A stretch of DNA of 63,878 nucleotides, the filler included, from Octopus bimaculoides (lineage: Eukaryota), in NCBI RefSeq assembly GCF_001194135.2. It is 7 parts of 5 records of this genome, joined end to end, with 100 filler letters (N's around TTAATTAATTAA, not from the genome) between each part and the next. Parts side by side here need not be neighbours in the genome. Positions count along the whole stretch, not along the records: positions 1 to 15,840 come from NC_068982.1; 6 more parts are not named here. One strand, given 5' to 3'. Position 1 is the stretch's first letter. Each line of letters opens with the position of its first letter. Under the pieces are notes generated by a model that worked only from the letters and a program-made list of their open reading frames with translations, did no database searches and had not been told where the DNA came from. Made by a program: the position numbers and the translations under genes. Of the stretch, positions 1 to 11,614 are shown piece by piece.

Positions 1-1494
1 CTAGATAACGACTAGGGTAGCCACTCTCACCCAGCAATGGGCCGAGGGGAAGCTATCCCTAAAATGTCGGACGGAGGTGGCGAACGCATACATCGCATCT
101 GTCATTGATTACCGTCTGACCGTTGTGCCTTGTCCCGACCCTACCATCACTAAACTGGAACGCATACTCTTCCGCTTTTTGTGGAAGGCAAGTGTTCCGA
201 TGGTTAGGCGATCCATTTGCTGTCAACACCCGCTAAATGAAGGGCTAAGCATGCTGTGGTTGATGATGCGCAGACATCCACTGAGACTGCGACATCTCCG
301 GCGCTTCATAGACGACGGCGAACGGGTGTGTTCGCTTTCCCGCAGAGACCGAAGGTAGGCGAATGGCACCTTGAGTTCCGCCTTGTTCTGAAGCAACTCC
401 GCTGTTCGGGACCAAACTTGCGCGACTTCAATTCCACAAAGGCGTTCTGTAGAGGATTAGTGGAGGGGAGGTGCGACGACGTTCTCGGGCAGAATCTGGG
501 CGTCAACGAGGAACACCTGAACCACCTGCTCAGGATAATTTTAAGGCTGGGACCTATCTTCAATCACCAGAGATCCCTGGCCTGGCAGTGCTATCGATAA
601 GCACTACCCGTTCGAGATAAGCTCTACAGGCAGGGTTCGAGAAACACCAGACCGATCGTCCGAGATACGGTCCGAGCGACGAAAGTGTTCTGCATGCACT
701 CGTGCAGTGTCCAACAATTTCGGACCTGTGGGCTTATGCTGAACGACTGCTGTCACGTGTGCAAGGAGTTCGCCTGTCGGCTGAGTCTATCTGGAAAATT
801 GCTCCGTCACTTTCCCTTAACCGGGAAGGCAAAGCAGTCTTCATACTGGTGGCCATGGTGAAAGAATGTGTGTGGTGGACTCGAGCGAAAGGTTTAGAGA
901 CAATCACTTACCTCTGTGACCAATGGCTCATCAACGTTTTCAAGTACCATTTGAAAAGGAAGGTGAGAATAGAGAGGCAAGTTTCAATAAATAGTAGGTG
1001 AATGTAGAATGTAGCAAAGATTGTGCGTGCGAGTGACGAAACCACTTTGAGCATGATCCTGTAAATCGAACAGAGCGAGAGAGAGAGAGAGAGAGAGAGA
1101 GAGNNNNNNNNNNNNNNNNNNNNNNNNNNNNNNNNNNNNNNNNNNNNNNNNNNNNNNNNNNNNNNNNNNNNNNNNNNNNNNNNNNNNNNNNNNNNNNNNN
1201 NNNNNNNNNNNNNNNNNNNNNNNNNNNNNNNNNNNNNNNNNNNNNNNNNNNTATTCCCTCCCTGCCTGAGGTTACCGTGGTCTTTTCCATAGGCTTCTCT
1301 TTCCACGGATAAACCTTGCTTTTTACACTTTAAAAATTTTTCTGTGATACACAATTCTTTTTAATGGTCTTTTTTTCTCACGATCCCTTTTGATCGGAAT
1401 TTTATTTTTCTCCTTTTTTTTCTATTTTCGAAAAGAAAAGCTCTAGATTGTATTTTGTCCCCTCTGTGTTCGGCCTTGTGTGGCTAATAAAGAA
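1..1494 (+). mobile_element. Tx1/L1-clade LINE, decayed 3' part of ORF2 (1-~1060) plus probable 3' UTR beyond a gap
   Basis: Broken frames give WAEGKLSLK..EVANAYIASVIDYRLTVVPCP..KLERILFRFLWK and later C-terminal motifs typical of L1/Tx1 ORF2 downstream of RT. The segment 1252-1494 ends in AATAAAGAA followed by (CCAT)n. Linkage across the N gap at 1104-1251 is inferred. Confidence 0.85.
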
Positions 1495-1500
1495 CCTTAT

Positions 1501-1554
1501 CCATCCATCCATCCATCCATCCATCCATCCATCCATCCATCCATCCATCCATCC

Positions 1555-1590
<36 letters not shown>
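1501..1590. repeat. Compound (CCAT)n/(CTAT)n microsatellite
   Basis: Read directly from the sequence. Confidence 0.95.
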
Positions 1591-1595
<5 letters not shown>

Positions 1596-2325
1596 CATTT
1601 CTCTAGTGATTTTCTCGGCATTAATAAATAGAGTTGCAATTTTGTCCGGTATGAATAGTATCGCCATGCCCGTCCTCACAATGCTGTTAGCTTTGTACTT
1701 AAATTAGAAAGTATTTCGAAGTGGAATTGAGAGAGGGAATGGCATAACTGGAAGATAGTTTAAAAATTGATTTTACAGTATTTAGCCATATTATTAATAT
1801 ATAATTATATTACTGCAATGTTAATATATTGCAGTACTTATCCTACGAACGATATAGCTCTAAACAAAAAGCGATTAATCGACCCAACGGCTGATATCCT
1901 GACAGCCTACCGAGTCGATCAGTTGCATCATTTACTAGTGACTGAAGTATTTTTCCATAAGGTTTATTGTGAGTTGTATGTCAGAGTGTGCCAAATATTT
2001 GCTTTCTTTAGCAGCTGCTAGAGATAGTGTTATTCTGATGGTGGTATTGTTGCTTATCTATAGTCATCCATCATTACACTGAGATAAGCACGTCGGGAGG
2101 CTGCTTCTTTTCCGAAACGCTAAGCTTTAATTCCTGTTCTAAAATACAATGAATGTTTATATATGACAGAATCTGTATTCTTATCCATTGTTATAGCCGT
2201 TAAAACAGCTTGGTCACTACACAACATAAACACACATCACTGTTTTATTAGTTACAGAAAAGCCCTAGTTTAGAGTTTTGTATGAAAAAGAAAAATTTCG
2301 ATTCATCAACGAATCTTTCTCCCCC

Positions 2326-2363
<38 letters not shown>

Positions 2364-3155
2364 AATGATAACAATACTTTATTTAATCTCCAAGTAAGTA
2401 TTAATAAAGCACACTTTTGATCAAAAGCAATCCATATATAATCATTCAGTCTTTTTAAAAAAGTTATTTGTGGTACACTATTTAACACGTTCTTCCTTCA
2501 TTTACTGTTACTAGGGTAAAATTATAGAGAATTTTAACCGTTATTTCTAACAGATGGAGCAAACTGTCTTTGTACGTTGATTTTATTGTGTTTATGGAGA
2601 AGGAAATTCTCTGCCATATTTTCTTTTCCCGGAGAAAAGGAATTATACCAGTGAGAAGAAGAATGGCAGTGACTACATTTCTTATTACTGCAGCATTCCT
2701 CGACTTTCTCATTCATTTAGATGTAGCTATTGTTGTTTTGTACCTCAAACACTTTGAGTTCTTAAGTGGCTCGGTATAGAGTAACTCACATATTCTGCCA
2801 CTATAATTACCAGTTCTTACTTATTACAAAGTATGATTTCACCCAATCAACTCGGAACTCCAGAAATGATTATATGGATTATATAGATATGATAAAATTT
2901 TCAGTTGTAATCTAATTTAAATTCAGTAGAGTAGCCCCTTCAATAATATTTTATACTCACCTGTTTACTGCAATACATTATACTGGAACGTACTACTCGT
3001 TTACTGTAAAATATATTACAGTAATCAGAAAAGAGAACATTGCAATTTCTCACAGTTACGACTTCATAACATTTCGGTTATTTCTGTCCCAGAAAACTAT
3101 TTACAACTACAAAAGTAACAACAATATAAGTAATTGTGTTTCTTTATACACCCGA

Positions 3156-3240
3156 ATGTCTTCATTAAAATATTTCTTAATCAAGTATCTATCAAGAAGA
3201 TTATTATTTTCTATGGCAATCATTTCTGTTCGAGGCAGCC
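3156..3240 (+). CDS. Speculative first coding exon of a small protein (MSSLKYFLIKYLSRRLLFSMAIISVRGS, phase-1 donor)
   Basis: ATG at 3156, 85-nt open frame, followed by a consensus GTAAGT donor at 3241. No homology recognised. Confidence 0.25.
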
Positions 3241-4199
3241 GTAAGTGATGGCGTGACATAAACACATGATGTTTACTATTGTCTAGTAAGAAGGATCAAT
3301 CTTTTCGAATCAATGGAAGTTAATGATATATTCGCCATCATACAGGTATACTTAAATTGCTATCTTTATACTAATGTGTACAATAATTCAATCACATAAA
3401 TACCGACTATCTCATTTATCAACTGAAGATTATTTGTCTGAGAAAATAAGAAAATAAGTGGAAAAAAATAAGAGAAAGCAAAATAAAAACTATGCAAAAG
3501 AAAATTGTCTAAATGAAGAGTATTTGAATAAAATAAAAAGTATACATTAAGTCATATTCATATTTTTATCTTTGAAATCAAATTCGGTTCCTATATTCTG
3601 GTAATTTAAAGATAAAATTAGAAATTTCTATAGCTTTTATAATTCCAGACGATTGCCTAAAACTTCTCAGAAACTGTGATTAGTTTACGGAAATTGAACC
3701 ATCTACGATTTTCACTTGCTTCCTTTGCTTTTAGTTAAGTTTTGTTTTCTGTATGTTTTTATTTTGTTCTAAGAGATTCATGGGAAACTGAAGAATACAA
3801 GAGGACACTTGATTCTATTTTGTTTCTTCATAAGAAACAGGTGATAAAAGATAGCTGTAATATGATGACTAAAATAGGTACTTTGCGATGAGTTTCAACT
3901 CAGATCAATAAAGAATAGAAAATGATTTTCGAACCTATTACTTGAAAGTGAAAAAAATTGGTTCTTCACATATGGAAAGCGAGAAGTTTATTTATAGAAT
4001 TGTTACCAATACGTAGTTTTGATATTTGCAAATATTAAAAGGGTTATGTGGTGGTTGAAATGAACGAAGTTTATGGTACACTGCTCTGTCTATTTTTACT
4101 GTTATTTTTACTGGGTAAACTGTTGCAGATTGTTTAGTACTCAGAAACAAGTTATAGCTGATTCGAGATTACATATCCTTGTATTGTATTGTTTTACAG

Positions 4200-4387
4200 A
4201 AGTACTGGAGATTAGAGGGGGAAATGTATTGAAAAGTGTAATTATGGAGCAGAGAGGAAAGAACACACGTTACTCAAAATGTGAGTTCAAGGAAGAGTCT
4301 GTAGCAAATATTGTAGAATGCAGAAAAAAGGGTTGTTTCAAGAAACGATTTTGTTACAGGACAGTAAATTTGCTCACAGATAAATGA
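4200..4387 (+). CDS. Speculative terminal exon encoding a 4-Cys basic peptide
   Basis: Acceptor ttgtattgtattgttttacAG at 4198-4199. The phase-1 frame is open to TGA at 4385-4387 and is compatible with the 3156-3240 exon. Confidence 0.25.
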
Positions 4388-4747
4388 ATAATTCTCTTAG
4401 TTGTAAACATATGCCACATGCTGGAATATCTCTTTATCTTGATATAGCAGGTTCATTTTCTCTAAATAAGGATGGCTTTGCTTGTTCGGCTTTGTCTTGA
4501 TACAGTACTTGGCGACAACGTCTTTAGTAGTTTCACTCTGACATAATGGGTTATGGTCTTCGAATCAGACATAATTGTAGGAACTGAACATATCCGTTGT
4601 TATAATTGCTTAATTCATAGCTTATGATATGAAAGGAAATATGAATATTTAAAATTTACTTTAGAAATTGATATATTCGAGAAGTTAGGCTCAGTAAAAA
4701 TAAGCAAGAAACGCATTCTTATAGATGTGAGTTTAAATAAGATTTCA

Positions 4748-4815
4748 AATCCACGTCGATACTTAATCCACGTCGATACTTAATCCACGTCGATACTTAA
4801 TCCACGTCGATACTT
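4748..4815. repeat. Perfect 17-bp minisatellite (AATCCACGTCGATACTT) x4
   Basis: Four identical consecutive units. Confidence 0.95.
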
Positions 4816-6698
4816 ATTAGGTAACCACAAATGTCACGAAATCTCATTATTCTTTCGTCTATATTTGTGAGCGTGTCTTTGAATTTAAAATGAATTTATA
4901 CTAATAGAATGCCACAAAAAAAGAATAAAAGAAGAATACAAAAGTCAGTGGAGACACTAACTTCTAAGAATTTAGTAAACTAAACATAGTGAATGTAAGC
5001 GCGATCATGGAGAGAAAACAAAGCTTTATTTTCAACACAAGAGTGTACAGTTAATTCACATAATTTCAAATTAATATTCAGACTTAATTCATATGCACCA
5101 TTCGAATGGAAGTGTATATCAAAGATAATAGGGACTCAGAGGGAAAATATGTGAAAGTAAATTAAAGCACGTTTTTGAATTACGAAAGAAGTAGAAAAGC
5201 AAATTCTTGACAATCCTTAAACAATGACTATACTCACAAGGAATTAAATTCAGATGTACAAGCCAAAGAAGCAGTTGTCACTTTTACACCATCGACGAAG
5301 ATTACTACACACACACACACAATGACATACAACTACACTATATACTTCGATGTACGAGATTGTTCCACTTTTTTTACTTCATTAACAGAATCAATATCAG
5401 AGGAATGTAAAATGTAATTTTTTATGCTGATAACCTTCTTTAATGTTTCAAGACGCATAAACTTATATAAAAACACTAGGCTTATAATGCTACTACATAC
5501 ATAGAAAAAATTATTTTGAAGAAAATTATATGTATTTCAAGAAAAAGTATGATACACAATTTCTTTAGCTTAGGCAACAAATAAAATATACAATCAAAAA
5601 TGTATGTGGTATTATTGGTTCTGTAGATTTTTAGTTTTCTAAAAATGGTAAAAAAAGGGCCGACTGCTTTGCCTTACATATTCTTAATTCTTCTTTATAA
5701 CAATTCAACGCTACCATTCCAGGTATTTAACGTTTATGATTCGTTCATAATTTGGATAGTTTTCTAGTCATGTAATTAAGTCTTTTAGATAAGATTACTG
5801 TTGATAAAGTCGATGTCACGGAGTTCTTCTTCGCTAAGTGAACTAGATAATTGTGGCCCAGTTAAATCCTTCAATCTTCAAATCGAGGATTTCGTTACCA
5901 GCATACAGAAAATCTTAAATCCAATGTCTGTACCATTCGTATAAAGTTGTTCATCGGTTGAACTATTTAGCCCTCCATCTTTTAGATTGTTTTCACTACA
6001 GTGGGACACATAGTTTCACATAGTTTCTTGACACTATTGAAACATATCGCTTTTCTCTCCCAGCCATATATAATGTTTTTTACTTACTTGAATAAAATAG
6101 TGACGTTTCCTGAATTCTTTGGCGTTCTGATGTAATGAACAATCTTAAATTCGTCTAACAGGTGTGCCCTGAAAACATGAGCATTCCCGTTTTATAAACT
6201 GTATTAGTGAAATTGTGAATCGTGGAATAAAACTGATTTCATTAAGTGTAGTGTTTGGATTGAATCAAAATATGAGGTAGCACTGGTCAAAAGAAGTGTC
6301 ATTGGCCCAAATATCTTTTTCTACCATTAACATGCAGTAGCAAAAATCAATTATTCACTAAACAAATCCTGTATATCCCATTTTCATTTTCTTGTTCAAA
6401 AGTTGTTTATGACATTTCTTTAGCACACGTTTTCTCGATCTTCCTGCTTGAAATGTATGTGATCCTGGATGATAGGCTCTCAAAGTGTTTCAGTATCTAC
6501 ATGATAGAAGTGCAGTTGACAGATCACACATGAAAGACCTTCATAAACGCTGGCGTACATCGGACTTGGTGAGCGGTCCTCTGCTTCGTATGTCCACCAA
6601 CTTTACCGGTATGTTAATACCAAGCTCATAAAAAATTCCTGTCATATGCTCAATAAGATAGAATTGTGCTTCACTGAGTTTGCAGATACAACAAACGT

Positions 6699-7125
6699 TT
6701 TGGAGTAAAGATTATTTGCCAACATAACACGGCAGTCCTGATTTAGGACGAATGTTGCTGTAGTTTAGTCCCAGGAGACACCATCTCCAGCTGGCTGTAT
6801 GACACAATCTGTGTCCTTTTATTTTCGAACAAGGGAATCTAGCACCCCCACTCAGCTCGGCGTCGAAGAGTTTCTGTGTATCGCGATTTCCGGGTTATTT
6901 CCCTTCATCAGCACAGAATAATTGTCTAATATATATCTAATCGCAATACACAGATATTGTCTTGAGCTGAGTGGGAGGTGCTAGATTCTCTTGTTCGAAA
7001 ATAAAAGGACACAGATCGTGTTGTATAGCCAGCTGGAGACGATGTCTCCTAGGGGCTAAATTACAGCAACATTCCTCCTAAACCAGGACTACCTTGTTAT
7101 GTTGGCAAATAATCTTTACTCCAAA
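6699..7125. mobile_element. Foldback element with ~190-bp imperfect inverted arms (6699-6888 / 6939-7125), probably a Penelope-like inverted pLTR
   Basis: The left arm TTTGGAGTAAAGATTATTTGCCAAC...CTCAGCTC is the reverse complement of the right arm GAGCTGAG...GTTGGCAAATAATCTTTACTCCAAA. A hammerhead motif lies in the centre. Confidence 0.75.
6872..6918 (-). ncRNA. Minimal type I hammerhead ribozyme motif
   Basis: Minus strand reads TTCTGTG-CTGATGA-AGGG-AAATAA-CCCG-GAAA-T-CGCG-A-TA/CACAGAA. It has a 7-bp stem I, an intact core, a 3-bp stem II closed by an A-G mismatch, and a short stem III with a palindromic CGCG loop and AUA cleavage triplet. Confidence 0.75.
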
Positions 7126-7821
7126 GTACTGTTGCTGAATAGCTCTCGTTGTGAGATTCACAAATAGTAATTTTCTAAACAAACGTTCTGACTACATTTG
7201 ATTTAGAATAAGGTGTCTAGAATGAGACCTGTGCCTATGCAGTGTCTTTTCAAACAACTTTGGCATGAAGACCCATAAGCATTTCAAGAACTTCCTGGCT
7301 TCCCGTGAACTTATCGATGATTACGTTTAAGTATTTCAGACACTCTGGTACCTTTGGAACCATCCTTCTGTGTATGTAAAAACATATACGCACATAGATA
7401 CATGCATATACACACAAACATATGTATATATATNNNNNNNNNNNNNNNNNNNNNNNNNNNNNNNNNNNNNNNNNNNNNNNNNNNNNNNNNNNNNNNNNNN
7501 NNNNNNNNNNNNNNNNNNNNNNNNNNNNNNNNNNNNNNNNNNNNNNNNNNNNNNNNNNNNNNNNNNNNNNNNNNNNNNNNNNNNNNNNNNNNNNNNNNNN
7601 NNNNNNNNNNNNNNNNNNNNNNNNNNNNNNNNNNNNNNNNNNNNNNNNNNNNNNNNNNNNNNNNNNNNNNNNNNNNNNNNNATATATATATACATGTATG
7701 TATATATATACATGTATATATATATATACATGTATGTATATATATACATGTATGTATATATATATATATATGTATACACATACATACACATATATATGCA
7801 TATGTGTGTATATTACATACA

Positions 7822-7870
<49 letters not shown>

Positions 7871-8824
7871 GTGTGTTGTATGTATATATTACACAAACAC
7901 ATGCACACACACATACACACACAAACACAAACACACATGTACATAAGTGTGTGTTGTGTGTGTGTGTGTAAATTTGATTTAATCTTCTTTGATCGATATA
8001 TTTATATTAAATCTATGTTTACAATGAATTCCCTCTCTATCAAATATAAACGTAATTACCCGAAAAGAAATACACACTATATAGATCCCCACCCCAGACT
8101 CATAAATACTTATTTAGTTATCTACTTAACTAAATCTTTTATAATATCAATCTATATTTTCTTTTAAAACTGTACTTAAAAGTAAAGTGAATTATATTCG
8201 ATTGCTTGGAGATCAAAATCAGGTTGTAGTGCAATATAAATAAAAGGAGTGCAAAAAAAACAAAAAAAACAATAACAACAGAAAACAAAGAAGATTACTG
8301 TGTTTTTGTTTATTATGTTCAAAATGCTTTTCTTTAAATTTAATCATGTTAAATGTTACAATGTGTTTGAATTTTCCTGTAGTGTGTTTTGTATTGTTGT
8401 AGACGTGAGTTTTAGAAATCACAATGTTATTTAATACTAACATAATTTCCTTACAAAACATACTTTTCAATTAGGCATGACGTTTCCTAAAATGATAGTA
8501 GTAGAGTGTCCTTTCTAATACAACCACCTCTAATAGAGTATCACTCCCATTATTAAAAGAATTACATTCGAAACAGTCCTGCCGTTTGTATTTTTTGTTT
8601 TTCCGGACTAGTATATCAAAACTTCATGAGTCTTAAAGCAACATGCGATTTGATAGATAGATAGATAGATAGATAGATAGAGAGGGGGGGGAGAGCCTCT
8701 GTGTGTGTGTGTGTGTGTGTGTGTGAGTGTGGTGACTCAGGCTGATTGACTATCAAGATGTACTTTTGTTGGCTGCTGTTTTATATGATTTCTTAGAAAA
8801 TGAAAGAGATGGAGAAGGGAATAA

Positions 8825-8945
8825 TAGTACTTATTTTATTGATGTCGAAATGTTGAAAGGCAAAGTTGAGCTTGACGTAGTTTGAAAAAGAATGCCAAAA
8901 AAAAGTAACTAAATACAGCAAGGCAGTTTGTACGTGCGAACGAGT
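8825..8945 (-). mobile_element. Degenerate copy of SINE family A
   Basis: The reverse complement resembles TTCAAA...ACTTTGCCTTTCA...AATAAGTAC of the 20495 copy. Confidence 0.5.
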
Positions 8946-9724
8946 GTAAGATATAAAGATGATTCCTTGTCACTCCGCTTTCTTTCCCATATGGTAATAG
9001 TATAATTCAAGAAAATGATGGAAATAATTGGCATATTTTATACCATTTTCTGCTTCTTCAGAATTTAAGCCAATATATTTTAGTCTGTTTAAGATGATAT
9101 GCGTGTATATTTATGTTTTCTACAATATTTTGATACTACAATGCTCAGCAATATTCGTGAACCCCGGTTTTTTCAGGTGCACGCTTGAAATTATCGCAGC
9201 TGAGTACTGTATAGAATAGTAACAAACCTCGATCATACATAGTTACAATCATCATTGATGTTTCAAGCATACATACAAATATATATGCGTATATATATGT
9301 GTGTGCGAGTGTGTGTATGTTTGTCTGTGTATGTGTGTGTGTGTGTGTGTATGTGTGTGTGAGTGTATGTGTGTCTATACACGTATGCTTCCGTCCCTGA
9401 ATGAATATTCAAATCAAAATGTGTATTTGGAAGTATTTGCAGTAGGTGAAAACAATGTTGATCGTCAGTATATGAATACATATGAATATAGGTAAACATT
9501 CGATACGGTACACGCTCACATTCTATTTCACTTCTTAACGGATTAAATTTTAAATATGTGTACAACAATCACGTGATATTAAAAGAAATTTTCACAATAT
9601 TGTATCGGTGTACATCTCTGTGAGAATTTTCATCTAAGTTTTAAGTTAAAATGTGTTTTGGCACGAAACACTGTGGCAATAAGTAATTCATCTAGTATAA
9701 TTTACACACTATTTATGCATGTAT

Positions 9725-9784
9725 CGTTTGTGTATGTATGTATGCATTTATGTATGTATGTATGCATGTATGTATGTATGTATG

Positions 9785-9812
<28 letters not shown>
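9725..9812. repeat. (TATG)n microsatellite
   Basis: Read directly from the sequence. Confidence 0.95.
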
Positions 9813-9815
<3 letters not shown>

Positions 9816-10175
9816 TTAACCTGTGATGAGTTACAATAACGGAGTAAATCATCACAGGTTTATAGAAGTTTGGATATTATTGTTAGAATTCTTACAAACT
9901 AATTGTATAAATTTCCTCCATTACAAACACAACTAATACGTACGTACCTCATAGGTTTTTGATGTAAAAAATATATATATATAGGTTCGGACATTTTTGT
10001 TAGAATTATAACGATACGAGCTAATGCACCAGTCCTCCATTCCAAACGCTACTAATGCGTATGTACCTATGAACATGTCCTTATACTTCATATATACCTG
10101 TGTGAGTTTCTGTGTGTTTGAGTGTGTGTATGTATGTGAGTGTGTGTGTGTATATATATGGGGATTTTTAAAAAT

Positions 10176-11614
10176 TCTTTTACTGGTTTCAGCCAGCGGT
10201 TTGTGCCATGTTAAAGCACCGCCTTTCGGTATTTTGAGATCTTCTTTCGATTCTGTTTATAATGAAGAAGCGAGTTGGACGAAGCTGCTCTACTTTGTGC
10301 CCCTGGTCGGGATGTGGGCTCATCGGGTATTTCAGTTAGAAACTTGTCCAGGTGCTTTTTGAACTTTTCCGCAGTTACATCTTGCAGATCTCTTAGGTTC
10401 CTTGGCAAGATGTTAAACACTTGTGGTCCTCTGAAACCGAAGCTGTTGCAATACTCAGTTCTCATCTGAGATGAAGACGGTATCTTTGGTATTATGCAGT
10501 ACCGTCCAGTTCAGTAGTTCCTATAGCTCTTAATCCCAAAGTTGGGCGCTAGACCTTTCAAGATCTATATGTATATTACTGCATACGATTGTCACCTTCT
10601 CTCCAGGGAGTAGACTTTCAGTTCTTGTAGCCTCTCCTAATAGCTCATCTGTTTCACCGAGTCAGTCTTCTTTGTGTAGTGACGCTGGATTGCTCAAGTT
10701 CTGTTATCAATTTAATATTCTGTGGTGTCGACAGTTGGGAGCAGTAATCCAGACGACTGAGGACAAATGTCCTCCATAGGAGTAGCTATATATCCTTATT
10801 TGTGGTTCTGGTTGATCTAAGGATCCATCCGACTACTCACCTGCACAGCGTTGCCATCCTGGCAATAGGCAATTGGAATGTTGCATCACTACTCATATAG
10901 ATTCCCAGGTCTCGCACCGATTCTAACTCTGTGATTGCACTGCCTCCTATGTATTCCGATTGTAGTCTGTTTGTGGGCCGATAGCGGAGTGCTTGAAACT
11001 TATTAGCATTGAACTGCATGTTGTGTTCATCAGCCTATTTATATATTGATGCAGTTTATTTTGCAGTTTTACTATGTCATCAGGGTTCTTGACCGACTGG
11101 GATACGTTTGTATCATCTGCGTAGCTGGTGAGAGTGGCTGACTGCACGACTAAGGGCATATCATGAGCCACTACAAACAATTGTGATCTCAGAACAGTTC
11201 CTTGAGGAACTCCTCTGCTGATTGATGTCACATAGAGTGCCATTAGCTGAAACTGCCTAACTTTTGTCCTTTAAAAGGTCGAGTAGCCACTCTCCCAGTT
11301 TTCTAGTGATACTAAAATCGCCTTGTTTGTGACATAATCCCATGATCAATTCTGTCAAAGGCATTGGCAAAGTCGAGATATATCACATCCACATTTGCAT
11401 GATTGAGATGCTGTTTCAGTACCCAATCATAATGCTGTAGCAGCTGTGTGAGGCAGCTCCACCCTGGGCAGAAACCATATTGTTTGTCTGTGAGCAAGTT
11501 ATTCTCTTCCAGGAAAGGAAACAGTCTCTTTCTGACAATACGTTCCATGACCTACTAACATGTGAAGTCAGAGAGATAGGCCTTTACTTTTTACAATCAA
11601 CTCTGCTTCCTCCT
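10176..11614 (-). mobile_element. CR1/L2-group (jockey-superfamily) LINE: decayed RT, 3' end and tail
   Basis: Minus frames give QYGFCPGWSCLTQLL, DVIYLDFANAFDRIDH, GVPQGTVL, YADDT, LESVRDLG and FKKHLDKFLTEIPDEP...AASSNSL, with frameshifts. The 5' end runs into an N gap. Confidence 0.9.

Noticed and set aside
5760-6690. Possible very old Tc1/mariner-type transposase (HSYKVVHRL, ILWRSD, VIGPNIFF fragments)
   Set aside because: The motifs are short, in different frames and lack a clear catalytic triad or TIRs; they cannot be distinguished from chance by eye.
7250-8167. Long ORFs in the track
   Set aside because: They are translations of N gaps and (TA)/(CA)/(TATG) repeats.
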